In this document: positions 28,166 through 38,327 of the stretch, piece by piece | Numbering within the stretch: position 1 is the first letter of the stretch | Layout: every line of letters starts with the position of its first letter | Program-made: the position numbers and the translations under genes | DNA from: Pirellula sp. | GTDB lineage: Bacteria > Planctomycetota > Planctomycetia > Pirellulales > Pirellulaceae | Length of the DNA: 64,000 bases | Direction of reading: 5' to 3' | NCBI GenBank assembly: GCA_043743995.1 | Contig: JAYTVM010000219.1 | Span: 7,094 to 71,093, forward strand | Notes under the pieces: model-generated | The model's input: only the letters and a program-made list of their open reading frames with translations | Told to the model about the DNA's origin: nothing | Database searches by the model: none

Positions 28166-29407
28166 TTGACTGGCCAGTCTTCGTCATTCGCTCCCGATTT
28201 CGTTGAATTCCGTTATTTGATGACAGCTTTCGCGTGTTCAACTTTTTGTACGCGCATTTTGTTTTTTCTTATTCCCTTTGAAATAGCCAATAAGTTTCCA
28301 TACGATCCGCTATTTATTGGGCTACTGGGGCTGGTTCAGGCCATTCCCGCGCTCAGCTTGGCTGTCGTGGGTGGCCATTTCGCCGACCGGTTCAATCGCA
28401 GAAACTTACTGCTGTGTACTGTGACCGTTCAAGTTCTATGTGCGACTGGACTTTTGTTGGCGGAGCGATTTGCGGGCGCTTGGTTTCTGGGGTCCGTTTA
28501 TATCATCATGTTTTTTCTTGGCGTGGCGAGAGGTTTTGCCGAACCCGCCTTGCCTAGCCTAGAGGCTCAGCTAGTTCATCGTAGTGCAGCCGTTAGCGCA
28601 GCAACGTGGGGCACATTGGTTTGGCACGCCTGCGCCGTAGTCGCACCCGTCTTAGCAGGTTACCTAGTAAACCTTTCTGGAATGACTGTATCCTTTGGTG
28701 CGAGTATCGTTTTCGGAGTGCTGGCTTGGCTGTTGCTGTTGCGTATCAAACCGAAGCCGATCGTTCGGACCGCCATTGATGAACCAATCATGCAGAGCCT
28801 AACAGCCGGATGGCGATTCGTTGCAAAGAAGCAAATCTTGTGGACCGCCATGGCACTCGATTTGTTTGCCGTATTGTTCGGCGGAGCTGTTGCAATGCTG
28901 CCATTGTTTGCACGGCACGTGCTGCATGTCGACGCAGTGTGGCTTGGGTTTCTGAACGCAGCACCTTATTTTGGTGCGTTGGTTACGGCATTTCTTTGCA
29001 TCAGGTATCCGCCCCATGCCAAAGCGGGTATTAAGCTTCTGGCAAGTGTTTTTGGATTCGGAGTTTGCATGATCGTGTTCGCCCTTTCGGCGAATCTCGC
29101 ACTATCTTTGATGGCGCTTTTTGTTGCTGGTATGCTGGATGGATTAAGCGTGGTCATCCGCAAAGCGATTTTGCGTTTGTATTCCCCGGACCACATGCGA
29201 GGACGCATTGCAGCGGTCAGTTCGATTTTCGTTGGTGCTTCTAATGAACTCGGTGAGTTAGAGAGTGGACTTGCGGCCCACTACTTAGGCCTTGTCCGTA
29301 GCGTTTGGATGGGCGGAATCGCAACTCTCGCCGTCGTATCGGGTGTCACTTTCGTTGGGCGCGAATTGCGAAAGTTCGACATGAAAAGCGAAGCCAATTC
29401 GCAGTAG
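28166..29407 (+). CDS. MFS transporter (EntS / H+ antiporter-like)
   Basis: About 12 hydrophobic segments; GHFADRFNRR, LDLFAVLFGGAVAMLP, DHMRGR, GASNELGELESG. Confidence 0.9.
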   Translation: MTGQSSSFAPDFVEFRYLMTAFACSTFCTRILFFLIPFEIANKFPYDPLFIGLLGLVQAIPALSLAVVGGHFADRFNRRNLLLCTVTVQVLCATGLLLAERFAGAWFLGSVYIIMFFLGVARGFAEPALPSLEAQLVHRSAAVSAATWGTLVWHACAVVAPVLAGYLVNLSGMTVSFGASIVFGVLAWLLLLRIKPKPIVRTAIDEPIMQSLTAGWRFVAKKQILWTAMALDLFAVLFGGAVAMLPLFARHVLHVDAVWLGFLNAAPYFGALVTAFLCIRYPPHAKAGIKLLASVFGFGVCMIVFALSANLALSLMALFVAGMLDGLSVVIRKAILRLYSPDHMRGRIAAVSSIFVGASNELGELESGLAAHYLGLVRSVWMGGIATLAVVSGVTFVGRELRKFDMKSEANSQ

Positions 29408-29493
29408 CAGAAGCCGCCAAGGCTTTCGGTGACTTCATGTCGTAAATTCGAGTGATCTCACTGATACCCGAAACTCTTGGCGAGTTCCGCTAC
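29404..29493. repeat. GTAG-type REP doublet
   Basis: GTAGCAGAAGCCGCCAAGGCTTTCGG...CCGAAACTCTTGGCGAGTTCCGCTAC. Confidence 0.75.
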
Positions 29494-29497
29494 CCTA

Positions 29498-29549
29498 AAT
29501 AATCCGCGCTAGTGCATTAAGGCTCAAAATTCCTAAAGTGAGTGCCATT
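29498..29549. repeat. Partial copy of the 22000-22119 element
   Basis: AATAATCCGCGCTAG...AGGCTCAAAATTCCTAAAGTGAGTGCCATT. Confidence 0.65.
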
Positions 29550-29654
29550 TCACTAGCGCCTCCATCTCAATAAGCGCCAATCTAGCGGAAGGAACTTTGA
29601 ACTAGGCGAATTGTTCAAGTCCGAATATCCTATGATCTTCGTTTCGTTTATCAG

Positions 29655-30338
29655 ATGGACATTAGAGAACTCATGCCGAGAACTATTGCTATTGGAGATA
29701 TTCATGGCTGCTTAGCAGCCTTAAATGCTTTGCTCGATGCAATTCAGCCGACACGCGACGACACCATAATTACCGTCGGCGACTACGTGGATCGAGGCCC
29801 AGATTCAAATGGAGTGTTAGAACGACTGCTTCAGCTGGAGCAAACAACGAACTTGGTGCCTTTGATGGGCAATCACGAAGAAATGCTGATTGCCGTCCTG
29901 GCACGTCAAATAGAGCCTTATAGCTGGCTCAATCACGGTGGCGTTGAAACGATGGATTCATATGGCTTCTCGGGAGATCTCGCCTGCGTTCCGCAATCGC
30001 ATCGAGATTTCCTCAATCGTTTGGAAGACTATTACGAAAACGAAACCCACTTTATCGTCCACGCCAACTACGACCCAATGTTGCCCCTGGCTGAACAGCC
30101 TCAGGATTTGCTCCGATGGATCAAAATTTCAAACTTGCTCCCCGGCCCGCACATCTCTGGCAAGAGAGCAATAGTTGGTCATACTCATGATCGGCAAGGT
30201 GATATATTTGAAATTCCGCACCTCGTTTGCATCGACACTTACTGTTACGGTGGCAAATGGTTGACGGCAATGGAGTTAGAAACTGGCAAAGTGTGGCAGG
30301 CCAATCCAGATGGTTCTATGAAAGATGACATAGAGTAG
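29655..30338 (+). CDS. Metallophosphoesterase, Ser/Thr protein phosphatase family
   Basis: GDIHG, GDYVDRG, GNHE, GHT, CIDT. Confidence 0.92.
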   Translation: MDIRELMPRTIAIGDIHGCLAALNALLDAIQPTRDDTIITVGDYVDRGPDSNGVLERLLQLEQTTNLVPLMGNHEEMLIAVLARQIEPYSWLNHGGVETMDSYGFSGDLACVPQSHRDFLNRLEDYYENETHFIVHANYDPMLPLAEQPQDLLRWIKISNLLPGPHISGKRAIVGHTHDRQGDIFEIPHLVCIDTYCYGGKWLTAMELETGKVWQANPDGSMKDDIE

Positions 30339-30402
30339 CGGGCACAGTCCGTGTGCCGTTCGCGATTGCAACTGAATTTCCGATCCCTTCAAAGGCCTCT
30401 GC

Positions 30403-33138
30403 GTGGCAAAAAAGAATAAAGCAAAACAGGATTCCGTTGAAAAGGAACTTTCTGGCATCAACGATGCTGCCGGTGATCTGATGGAGTCCGCTTTCTGCGC
30501 TTCGGCATACAAATTATACGGTGAGCTTCGATCGAGGGCTCGCTCGGAAGGGCAACTTGGGTTTTACGTTTTTGGCACGTTCTTTCAAATGACACTGTCC
30601 CAGAGGTTGTTGCAATTCGAAACGGTTCGTGAGCGGGCTGTCGAACTGATCGCCATTTTTGAGGACGAAGAGCAGGCACGTAAAATTGAGCCGTCACTGG
30701 ATCTCGATCAATATGAGAACATGATCTATTCGATGGGAGCATGCGCCTACGAGGTTCTCGCCGAAGCGACTGGAGCATTGGACGGATACAACTCAGAAGG
30801 AATGCAAGAATGCCTGACCGGTGGCATAGAAGTTTGTCATCGAATTGGCAAACTCTCATGCATTCAGTGCTTTCGCGAGTATGCCTGCGATACACATACG
30901 GCTGCCGATGACTATGAGCTAGCTCGATACCATTGCAAACAGGTGCTCAGTCAGGATGGCGAATTTCCGGAGCGTGGTGACCGTCGCTGGTTGGCCATGC
31001 TGCGGTTAGCAACCATGGATATTTTTGAGGGCCAGCATGACTCTGCAAGGTCGAAACTCGATCAGGCGAAAGAGCTCGCCCAATTGTCGAGTGTAAATGA
31101 TAGAGCAGGCGCTCAAGTCGCGGCTATGTTCGAGCGTCATACGCTCGATTTGATTGAGAAACGCGAAACGGACGAGCAGACGATCATGATACTAAAAGGA
31201 CTCCCGCCACGAGGGGAATGCCCCGAGTATGATCTCGATGTCGATTTTTTGACTTCCATTGGCCATGTGATGCACCAAGAATGGAACGCGGCCGAAAAAT
31301 TGCTCCTTGCTTGGAACAAAACACTTAAGCAAAACAAGGCCATTACAAAATGGTTGGAGGCCGGAATCCGGCTCACAGCTTTATATCGATTGCGTGGCGA
31401 TATGGCCAAAGCCAAGCGACTAAGTGTGCAATTTGAGGAAGCTGCCACCAAAGCAAACGACTGGCAATCGATCCGTCGACTACATCAGATTCTCGACGAA
31501 TCGATTGAGATTACACCATTGGGAACAGTCGTCCGTAATACGCGTTCTCCAACTGGGTCGCAACAACCCGAACCGTCCTCCGTCGCTACCGACCTGGACG
31601 TCAAGCCGACAGATACTGTTGAAGCAAAAGTCCCCACTCCACTTGGGACTTGGATTGACGATTTTACAGAACGGATGCACTCCGCAGGCAAAGAAGCCGA
31701 AAATGATTCAAAGGAACGTGTCGACGTCGCACCGTTTCGACAAGAACTATTCGATCGAAATATCAAGGACTTTGTACATCCCGAAGATATCGGAAGAGCA
31801 TTGTACCTAATGAACTTCTTGGTAACTCCAGATTCCGACCGGGCTATGGTCTGGAAATGGGCAAACACATTGGTTTCGTCGCATCAAGAGGTGGCTTACT
31901 TGATTTCCTTGCTTGCCCGACTCGGAATGACGATTAGCATGCTTGATCGATTGTCTGCAGAACTGGATTTCGACGCCACGCAGAATGCATTCGACGATGT
32001 GAATGATCTCGATGATCTAGATAGCTTTGATGACTTATTAGCCCATGAGAGAAATCTGCCACCGACCTCTATTAGCAACGATAGGCTCGAACAGCTAGTG
32101 CGCAAATCGTTGCAAATGGATGCAACAGGGGTTAATAACAACTTCCGCGCCGCCGAGGTTTTTGAGTACATTGGAAACGCTGGAGAAGCTGAACGATGCT
32201 ATGCCCGTGCGTTCAAGCTCGATCGTACAAGGGATGATGCAGCGCTCGCCCTTGCGAGAATTTACTCGGAGACGGATCGATTGCAAGACGCTTTGTATGT
32301 ACTGGATCTTTGCATTCGGGAGGGTGGCGACTCAGGCGAACTCCTCTTCGAGGCAGCGTTAAAGGCACATGCACTGACCCAACATGAGTTGCAAGTGAGC
32401 TTCCTACAGAAATTGCATCAACGCCATTCACCAGGCCCTTGGACGAACTACTACCTCAGTTCTGGACTGCTTGAACTCAAAAGGCCGCTCGAGGCTACGG
32501 AAGCCATCGATTGCGAAGTTGCCATGTTTCAGTCGACTGGGCTACACATCGATTCAGTCAGAGCAGCGGCCTATGCCCAACTTGGTCAGTCTCAAGAAGC
32601 TGCTAAAGAGATTAAGATCGCGCTTTCCCGGCCACTTTCCAAAATAAGTGATTTGACTTTGAGCGGCATTTCCGGTGCTTTTGAAAGGTTGATTACCGCT
32701 GCGAAAATGTGTCCCAATGAACGCTCGCTTCAGCTGCAAGTGGAGCATAAAATGCTTGTTGCAGGAATTGCAACGGAAAGCTATTTCGAACAACTTCGAG
32801 CGAACGAAAAACCGTGCGACTTGTATTTGTACCAGTGCTACGTTTCACAGCCACTCGACGCTGCTTGGGCAGACTCGGAAGGTTGCCTGCCTGATCAGTC
32901 CGAATGGCAAACTTATATAGCACAGTGGGGCGTGTTAGCACGAGACTCTGATGAAGCAGAGAATGTGGCCTTGCAATGGCAAGCCAAGTGTTATCCGCTC
33001 GAAGGTACCCTTGTCGACATTGACGGTTCCAACGAGCCGCTTCATGACCGGCCTGGCATCGCCTTCCAAGGCCCCCGATACCCAGAAGACGAATTCGAGG
33101 AAGATGAAGACGATGATGATGATGAGGGTGACTACTAG
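30403..33138 (+). CDS. Large hypothetical TPR-like helical protein with acidic tail
   Basis: 911 aa ORF; TPR-like AERCYARAFKLDRTRDDAALALARIY; ends EFEEDEDDDDDEGDY. Confidence 0.75.
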   Translation: MAKKNKAKQDSVEKELSGINDAAGDLMESAFCASAYKLYGELRSRARSEGQLGFYVFGTFFQMTLSQRLLQFETVRERAVELIAIFEDEEQARKIEPSLDLDQYENMIYSMGACAYEVLAEATGALDGYNSEGMQECLTGGIEVCHRIGKLSCIQCFREYACDTHTAADDYELARYHCKQVLSQDGEFPERGDRRWLAMLRLATMDIFEGQHDSARSKLDQAKELAQLSSVNDRAGAQVAAMFERHTLDLIEKRETDEQTIMILKGLPPRGECPEYDLDVDFLTSIGHVMHQEWNAAEKLLLAWNKTLKQNKAITKWLEAGIRLTALYRLRGDMAKAKRLSVQFEEAATKANDWQSIRRLHQILDESIEITPLGTVVRNTRSPTGSQQPEPSSVATDLDVKPTDTVEAKVPTPLGTWIDDFTERMHSAGKEAENDSKERVDVAPFRQELFDRNIKDFVHPEDIGRALYLMNFLVTPDSDRAMVWKWANTLVSSHQEVAYLISLLARLGMTISMLDRLSAELDFDATQNAFDDVNDLDDLDSFDDLLAHERNLPPTSISNDRLEQLVRKSLQMDATGVNNNFRAAEVFEYIGNAGEAERCYARAFKLDRTRDDAALALARIYSETDRLQDALYVLDLCIREGGDSGELLFEAALKAHALTQHELQVSFLQKLHQRHSPGPWTNYYLSSGLLELKRPLEATEAIDCEVAMFQSTGLHIDSVRAAAYAQLGQSQEAAKEIKIALSRPLSKISDLTLSGISGAFERLITAAKMCPNERSLQLQVEHKMLVAGIATESYFEQLRANEKPCDLYLYQCYVSQPLDAAWADSEGCLPDQSEWQTYIAQWGVLARDSDEAENVALQWQAKCYPLEGTLVDIDGSNEPLHDRPGIAFQGPRYPEDEFEEDEDDDDDEGDY

Positions 33139-33143
33139 GGGAT

Positions 33144-33220
33144 AACGTAGCATAGGCATCTTGCCTGTGGGGATTTCTCATGAGTACTCAGGCTGGAAGC
33201 CTAAGCTACGTCAATGGATG
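33144..33220. repeat. GTAG-type REP element, copy 2
   Basis: 74/77 nt identical to 5286-5362; lies between convergent genes and overlaps the tex stop. Confidence 0.9.
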
Positions 33221-35388
33221 AATCTTCTAGTGACTGCGATTTGCTTCCGGTCTATGTCGATCTCTAACACTTTCACTCTGAGGATATCTCCAACCGCAAC
33301 AATTTCGCTCGGGTCCTTTACATAGACATCGGCCAACTGCGAAATATGAATGAGCGCATCTTGGTGAACACCGATATCGATGAAAGCCCCAAAGTGCGTC
33401 ACATTGGTGATAGACCCTTCTAGCACCATGCCGGGCTTGAGATCCTGCATGCTATGAACACTCTCCGAGAAGTGAACTACACGAAACTCGCGGCGCGGGT
33501 CGCGACCTGGTTTGGCAAGTTCTTGCAGAATATCTATGACGGTCGGCAACCCAAACCGATCGTCAACGAAGTCTTTAGGCGATAGCTTTTGCGATAAAGC
33601 AGCGTTGCCGACCAGGGACGCCGTGTCGGCTTTGAGGTGTTTCGCCATGCGTTCGACGATCTCGTAACTCTCTGGATGGACGGCCGAGTTGTCGAGAGGC
33701 TGTTTGCCCTCCCGAATTCGCAAGAAACCTGCGGCCTGCTCAAATGCTTTGCTGCCAAGTTTCGGGACCTTGAGCAATTGCGATCGGGTTTCGAATCGAC
33801 CTTTTTCGTCTCGATACTGGACGATATTTTCAGCCAGCTTCGGCCCAATTCCAGCGACATGGGACAGCAGCGATGCACTTGCCATATTGAGATCGACCCC
33901 AACGCTATTCACGCAGGACTCGACTTCGCGATCGAGTCGCTTGCGCAATAGTTTTTGGTTGACGTCGTGTTGGTATTGGCCGACACCGATAGATTTTGGA
34001 TCGGCTTTGACTAGTTCCGCAAGCGGATCTTGCAATCGATGAGCGATACTGATGGCTCCACGCACGGTGAGATCAAGATCGGGGTACTCGCGTGCAGCAA
34101 GTTCACTTGCGGAGTAGATGGAAGCACCAGATTCACTGACAAGTACCTTGGTGATTTTCAATTCATGTTGGCGAATAAGACTTGCGACGAACGCATCTGT
34201 TTCTCGCGAAGCGGTACCGTTTCCAATAGCCACGAGTTCGACTTTGTATTTGGTGATCAAGCCCACGAGGACTTTGGCAGCTCCGTCAATGTCGTTTTGC
34301 GGTGGAGTTGGGTAGATGGTTGTATTGGTCAAGAACTTCCCAGTTCCATCTACAACTGCGACTTTGCATCCGGTGCGAAAGCCAGGGTCGATCCCGATAG
34401 TGACTCTCGGTCCCGCTGGAGGAGACAGCAAGAGTTCGCGAAGGTTTTTGCCGAATACGGCGATCGCTTCTTCATCGGCTTTTTCTTTGAGTTCTTGGAG
34501 CACAGTGGTTTCTGTGGCAGGCATCAAGAGTCGTTCACAGCAGTCCTCGACAGCAGTGAGTAGATCGTTATGGAATTCAAACTGGCGATTGGTTACGAGT
34601 TGTTGTTTGAGTCGGGCGACAGTTTGATCTTTATCGACTTCGATACCGATGCGAAGCATGCCTTCGGTTTCGCCGCGAAGCATGGCGAGCAAGCGGTGAG
34701 AAGGGATTTTTGCTGCCGGTTCGCCAAACTCGTAGTACATTTCAAATTTGGTGGCTTCTTCTTTTTTGCCACGTTTAACTTGGGAGGTAACTCGACCTCG
34801 CAATTTGGCTTCTTTGGCGAGCCAAGTGCGCGTGTTGGCTTGATCGGCCCAAGACTCAGCAACAATATCGAGAGCACCTTGCAGAGCTGTGGCCGGGTCG
34901 GGCACTTCCAGTTCCATGTTAACGTACTGCCTTAGAACATCTTGTTTGGGCTGACCGATTACTTTCTGGCTGAGCAGCAAATCTGCCAATGGTTGTAGTC
35001 CTCGTTCACGAGCGATGGTTGCGCGTGTTCGACGTTTGGGTTTGAACGGCAGGTAAATCGCTTCAAGAGTTTGCAGGTCAGTGCAATCGACGATTTGTTG
35101 GCTGAGTGAGTCCGTAAGGAGTCCTTGTTCGTCAATGGTTTTGAGGACGGTTTTTTTGCGAGCTGCCAGTTCTCTAGCTTTTTCGAGGGCATCTTCGATG
35201 GCTCGCAGGGCCATTTCGTCTAGCCCTTGGGTGGCTTCTTTGCGATAGCGAGCGATAAAGGGAATGGTGTTTCCGGCGTCGAGGAGTTCGATGGTCGCTT
35301 GGACCTGTCGTTCGGAAATCGAAAGTGATTGTGCAATTTGTCTGACGAAGGACAAGAGATCTAGGTCGACTGGGATTTCAGAAGTCAT
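33211..35388 (-). CDS. tex: Tex family RNA-binding transcription accessory protein
   Basis: GNTIPFIARYRKEAT, IGIDPGFRTGCK, VSESGASIYSAS, IGVGQYQHDV, C-terminal S1 (FGAFIDIGV). Confidence 0.96.
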   Translation of the reverse strand: MTSEIPVDLDLLSFVRQIAQSLSISERQVQATIELLDAGNTIPFIARYRKEATQGLDEMALRAIEDALEKARELAARKKTVLKTIDEQGLLTDSLSQQIVDCTDLQTLEAIYLPFKPKRRTRATIARERGLQPLADLLLSQKVIGQPKQDVLRQYVNMELEVPDPATALQGALDIVAESWADQANTRTWLAKEAKLRGRVTSQVKRGKKEEATKFEMYYEFGEPAAKIPSHRLLAMLRGETEGMLRIGIEVDKDQTVARLKQQLVTNRQFEFHNDLLTAVEDCCERLLMPATETTVLQELKEKADEEAIAVFGKNLRELLLSPPAGPRVTIGIDPGFRTGCKVAVVDGTGKFLTNTTIYPTPPQNDIDGAAKVLVGLITKYKVELVAIGNGTASRETDAFVASLIRQHELKITKVLVSESGASIYSASELAAREYPDLDLTVRGAISIAHRLQDPLAELVKADPKSIGVGQYQHDVNQKLLRKRLDREVESCVNSVGVDLNMASASLLSHVAGIGPKLAENIVQYRDEKGRFETRSQLLKVPKLGSKAFEQAAGFLRIREGKQPLDNSAVHPESYEIVERMAKHLKADTASLVGNAALSQKLSPKDFVDDRFGLPTVIDILQELAKPGRDPRREFRVVHFSESVHSMQDLKPGMVLEGSITNVTHFGAFIDIGVHQDALIHISQLADVYVKDPSEIVAVGDILRVKVLEIDIDRKQIAVTRRFIH

Positions 35389-35773
35389 ACGATTGGGGCT
35401 GGAAAATGGTACAAAAAAGTAAGCTGAATGATTGTTCGGACGACAATGTGCAATCAACCAATGCCTTTGATAAGCAAATTGGTTCCAAAGCACAAGACTT
35501 TGTGCGAATAACAGGGCGCACGCTGAGCAGCCGTGTTTAACTGATCGAGGCCCTAGAGCCTAGATCGAGGACCTCCGGAAACTTGTGACATAGGAATTGC
35601 GCGCTTTGCAGCGGGCAGTTTTTTGGACCATAGCAAAAAGATCGATGTGTTTCGCTGAGATTTCAGCAATAGTCAGATAAAGCAATGATTCTAGAGAGAA
35701 CCTTGGCGAGCGGATCGATTTCCGTTACACTTCGAGCCATCTGAATGGCCGGAACGGCAATTTAGACCTAAAT

Positions 35774-35848
35774 CGGGCCGTAGCGCAGCCTGGCTAGCGC
35801 GCTACCTTGGGGTGGTAGAGGTCGTGGGTTCGAATCCCGCCGGCCCGA
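35774..35848 (+). tRNA. trnP: tRNA-Pro (anticodon GGG)
   Basis: CGGGCCG/CGGCCCG acceptor stem, CTACC-TTGGGGT-GGTAG anticodon arm, GTTCGAATC T-loop; CCA not encoded. Confidence 0.95.
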
Positions 35849-37118
35849 TTTTATTTTTCTTTGTCAGGAAGCGACAAACAGTGTCATTTCCTTTCGTTTT
35901 GTTGATGGAGTGCGGCACTTGGCCCGTCGATGCATTGTCAGGCAGTGCCCCACTTTGTCCCTCAGCGACGCCTGAAATGCAGCGCCCGTGCAGCGCATGC
36001 TCATTTGCTGCTCTCACTGGCATTTTGATCTTCGCGACCGCTTTGGCCTGATCGTCAATGCCAATATGCGTGTATCTTAGGGTCATCTTAATGTCGGAAT
36101 GGCGCGCCAGCTCTTTGGCTTCTGGCAAAGAAGCTCCATTGCGAAGCAATTCGGTGATGTGCGTATGCCTTCCTGCCGCATGGAAATCGGCAACCCCCTC
36201 TTCGGTTACATAGGGGATCCCGATTCGTTCTAAGTCCTTCTTAACCATCACTGCCCCGGCCCGAATATCCAGTTTTGGAAACAATTTGGCTGTTTGCGAT
36301 AGTCCTGACAGCCAACCGTGCAGTTGTGCCACTAGCTCTGGGTGCAATGGCAACACGTCCTTCCGGCGGTGTTTCGATGCACCCGCCTCAACGGTTATCG
36401 TCGGTGGATTCGCCTGTAGATCAAAACTACGCGGCGTTAAGCTTGCAAGCTCATTCTTTCGTAGCCCAGTCATGTAAGACAGGGTATAAATACGGGCACG
36501 CGTTTCTCCGTCATACCGCTGAATTGACTTTCCGCTGTCTCTAGCTGACCGGACAAGCCTTGAAAATTCCTCTGCCGATAGGGCCCGGCGCTTCCTGCGA
36601 ACGTCCACTTCGGCATTGAGTGGTTTGAGTGTAGCGATTGGCGATCGTGTCAAACGGGCCGTTTGAACGCACCAATTGCAAAACATGCCAAAAGCTTGGA
36701 GATAGTGGTTGTAGGTCCGAAAACCGAAATCGGGTTCCTTCTGAAGGGTTTGCATCACTTCGAGAATTGATTCATCGCCGATATCGGCAAGACATTTCAA
36801 ATTACCAAATTCGACGATCCGCCGAATACGATTCATGACAATCCGCACATACTTTGCGGTATTGTCCTTTATACTCGATTCGAACGCCTTCAGATGCTCT
36901 TCCATGGGCGATTGCTTATGCTCCTGCGCTTTTTCAAGCTCAGGATCTATCAAGCCAGTCTTTCGAAGCAGAGCTTCGTTTTCGAGCTTGGCGGCAAGCT
37001 GCTCGGTGAGCCCTTTATCGGTAAATCCTTGTAGCGTTTTACGCTTGCCACAATGGTCGACGTATTGAATCGTATACGGTTCGTTCTTAACTTTGCGTCG
37101 TTTGAAAATCGATGCCAT
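35802..37118 (-). CDS. Tyrosine recombinase / phage-type integrase
   Basis: MTGLRKNE (R), ASKHRR (K), DFHAAGRH, ARHSDIKMTLRY (H, Y); last codons are antisense to the tRNA. Confidence 0.93.
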   Translation of the reverse strand: MASIFKRRKVKNEPYTIQYVDHCGKRKTLQGFTDKGLTEQLAAKLENEALLRKTGLIDPELEKAQEHKQSPMEEHLKAFESSIKDNTAKYVRIVMNRIRRIVEFGNLKCLADIGDESILEVMQTLQKEPDFGFRTYNHYLQAFGMFCNWCVQTARLTRSPIATLKPLNAEVDVRRKRRALSAEEFSRLVRSARDSGKSIQRYDGETRARIYTLSYMTGLRKNELASLTPRSFDLQANPPTITVEAGASKHRRKDVLPLHPELVAQLHGWLSGLSQTAKLFPKLDIRAGAVMVKKDLERIGIPYVTEEGVADFHAAGRHTHITELLRNGASLPEAKELARHSDIKMTLRYTHIGIDDQAKAVAKIKMPVRAANEHALHGRCISGVAEGQSGALPDNASTGQVPHSINKTKGNDTVCRFLTKKNKIGPAGFEPTTSTTPR

Positions 37119-37120
37119 GG

Positions 37121-37354
37121 TTATGGGTTCCTTGTGCTTCCATTGTCACGCGAAACAATGAACGGGCAACCGTCTGCGATCCATTTTTGAATTTCTTCCA
37201 TGCGCCAACGAACGGCACCGCCAAGCCGTAGGGGATCAGGCAATTGACCTGAACTCTTCATTCGCCAAAGCGTACGTGTTGATATGTGAAGCAGTTTTGC
37301 TAGTTCTGCAGATGTGACTAGCACTGATTCAGTTGTCTGGTTCTCGTATTTCAT
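37121..37354 (-). CDS. AlpA/Xis-like helix-turn-helix protein (probable excisionase)
   Basis: AELAKLLHISTRTLWRMKSSGQLPDPLRLGGAVRWRMEEIQKW; 2 nt upstream of the integrase. Confidence 0.88.
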   Translation of the reverse strand: MKYENQTTESVLVTSAELAKLLHISTRTLWRMKSSGQLPDPLRLGGAVRWRMEEIQKWIADGCPFIVSRDNGSTRNP

Positions 37355-37399
37355 ACCAGTGTCTCATTGAGAGTTTTGGACCGTAAAAAATGGATTCCA

Positions 37400-37672
37400 C
37401 TATCGATCAAGACCTCGCTCGCGCTGATCCTGATCCATTCGCCCTTCGGACTGTTTGACACGATCCGACAACATTGAACCGGTCGATTGTTTCTCTTCGT
37501 CAGGTTCAGCACTTCCTCTCCGTGCCTCCGCCACTTCGCCCGGCGTCTTAGTCCCGTAGATGCCGTATTCCGTTTGCCCTGCAATGTTGGAATTGGGGTA
37601 CACCGCTGCTCGAACCTCGCGTAACCCTTGTCTTAACATCGCTGAAAGATGCCCTTCACCAATTTTTGCCAT
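37400..37672 (-). CDS. Hypothetical protein (element backbone)
   Basis: 90 aa, co-oriented; MLRQGLREVRAAVYP...GTKTPGEV. Confidence 0.65.
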   Translation of the reverse strand: MAKIGEGHLSAMLRQGLREVRAAVYPNSNIAGQTEYGIYGTKTPGEVAEARRGSAEPDEEKQSTGSMLSDRVKQSEGRMDQDQRERGLDR

Positions 37673-37696
37673 GATTGCCCTACTTTCTGATTAAAT

Positions 37697-38281
37697 TTAC
37701 CTACGACCTCGATGGCGGAACCGTTCCTCCAAATGCGACTGCTCGATCATTGCGTCGTTGAGATCCATCACTTTTACGTCGTCCACGCGACTCCAAACAA
37801 AACTTTTAAATCGCAAAGAAGCTGCCCCAAAAATCAAATACCAGCCGAGGGGCTGATTGATCTGGATAACAAGTAGCGCAAATATGAAGACAAGCAGTGG
37901 CTCCTGAAACATTTTGAATTGCAATTCGTCAATGCGAGACTTGGGATTCAATAGTCGAGGAAATCCGTTGTAGTACGAATGACAGATCTCACCGCGAAGG
38001 CGTCTTGTTACGGCTGTAGCACGAGTTACGATGACCATCAGAAAATAGAAGGCCAAGTAACCCATCAATGGTTCCAAATTGTGGCCCTCCCAAAACACTG
38101 CAAAGATCGGGATCAAGCCAAAGACTGCAACTGCAGTAAAGCCCAAGTAACGGGTCCCCATGTTCTTGTGCAGGAACACTTCCAATGAACACGCCCAAGT
38201 GTGAATGAGAAACATGACGATATTCATCGACTGTTCAAAATCATCAAACATATTTCGGTTTTCGTTTGATTGCTGATTCAT
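37697..38281 (-). CDS. Hypothetical membrane protein (element backbone)
   Basis: About 4 TM helices; GGAGA RBS; directly downstream of the coupling protein. Confidence 0.75.
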   Translation of the reverse strand: MNQQSNENRNMFDDFEQSMNIVMFLIHTWACSLEVFLHKNMGTRYLGFTAVAVFGLIPIFAVFWEGHNLEPLMGYLAFYFLMVIVTRATAVTRRLRGEICHSYYNGFPRLLNPKSRIDELQFKMFQEPLLVFIFALLVIQINQPLGWYLIFGAASLRFKSFVWSRVDDVKVMDLNDAMIEQSHLEERFRHRGRR

Positions 38282-38327
38282 CTAATCTCCCTTTCTGATC
38301 CCGTAAATTAATAGTGAAAACAATTGT

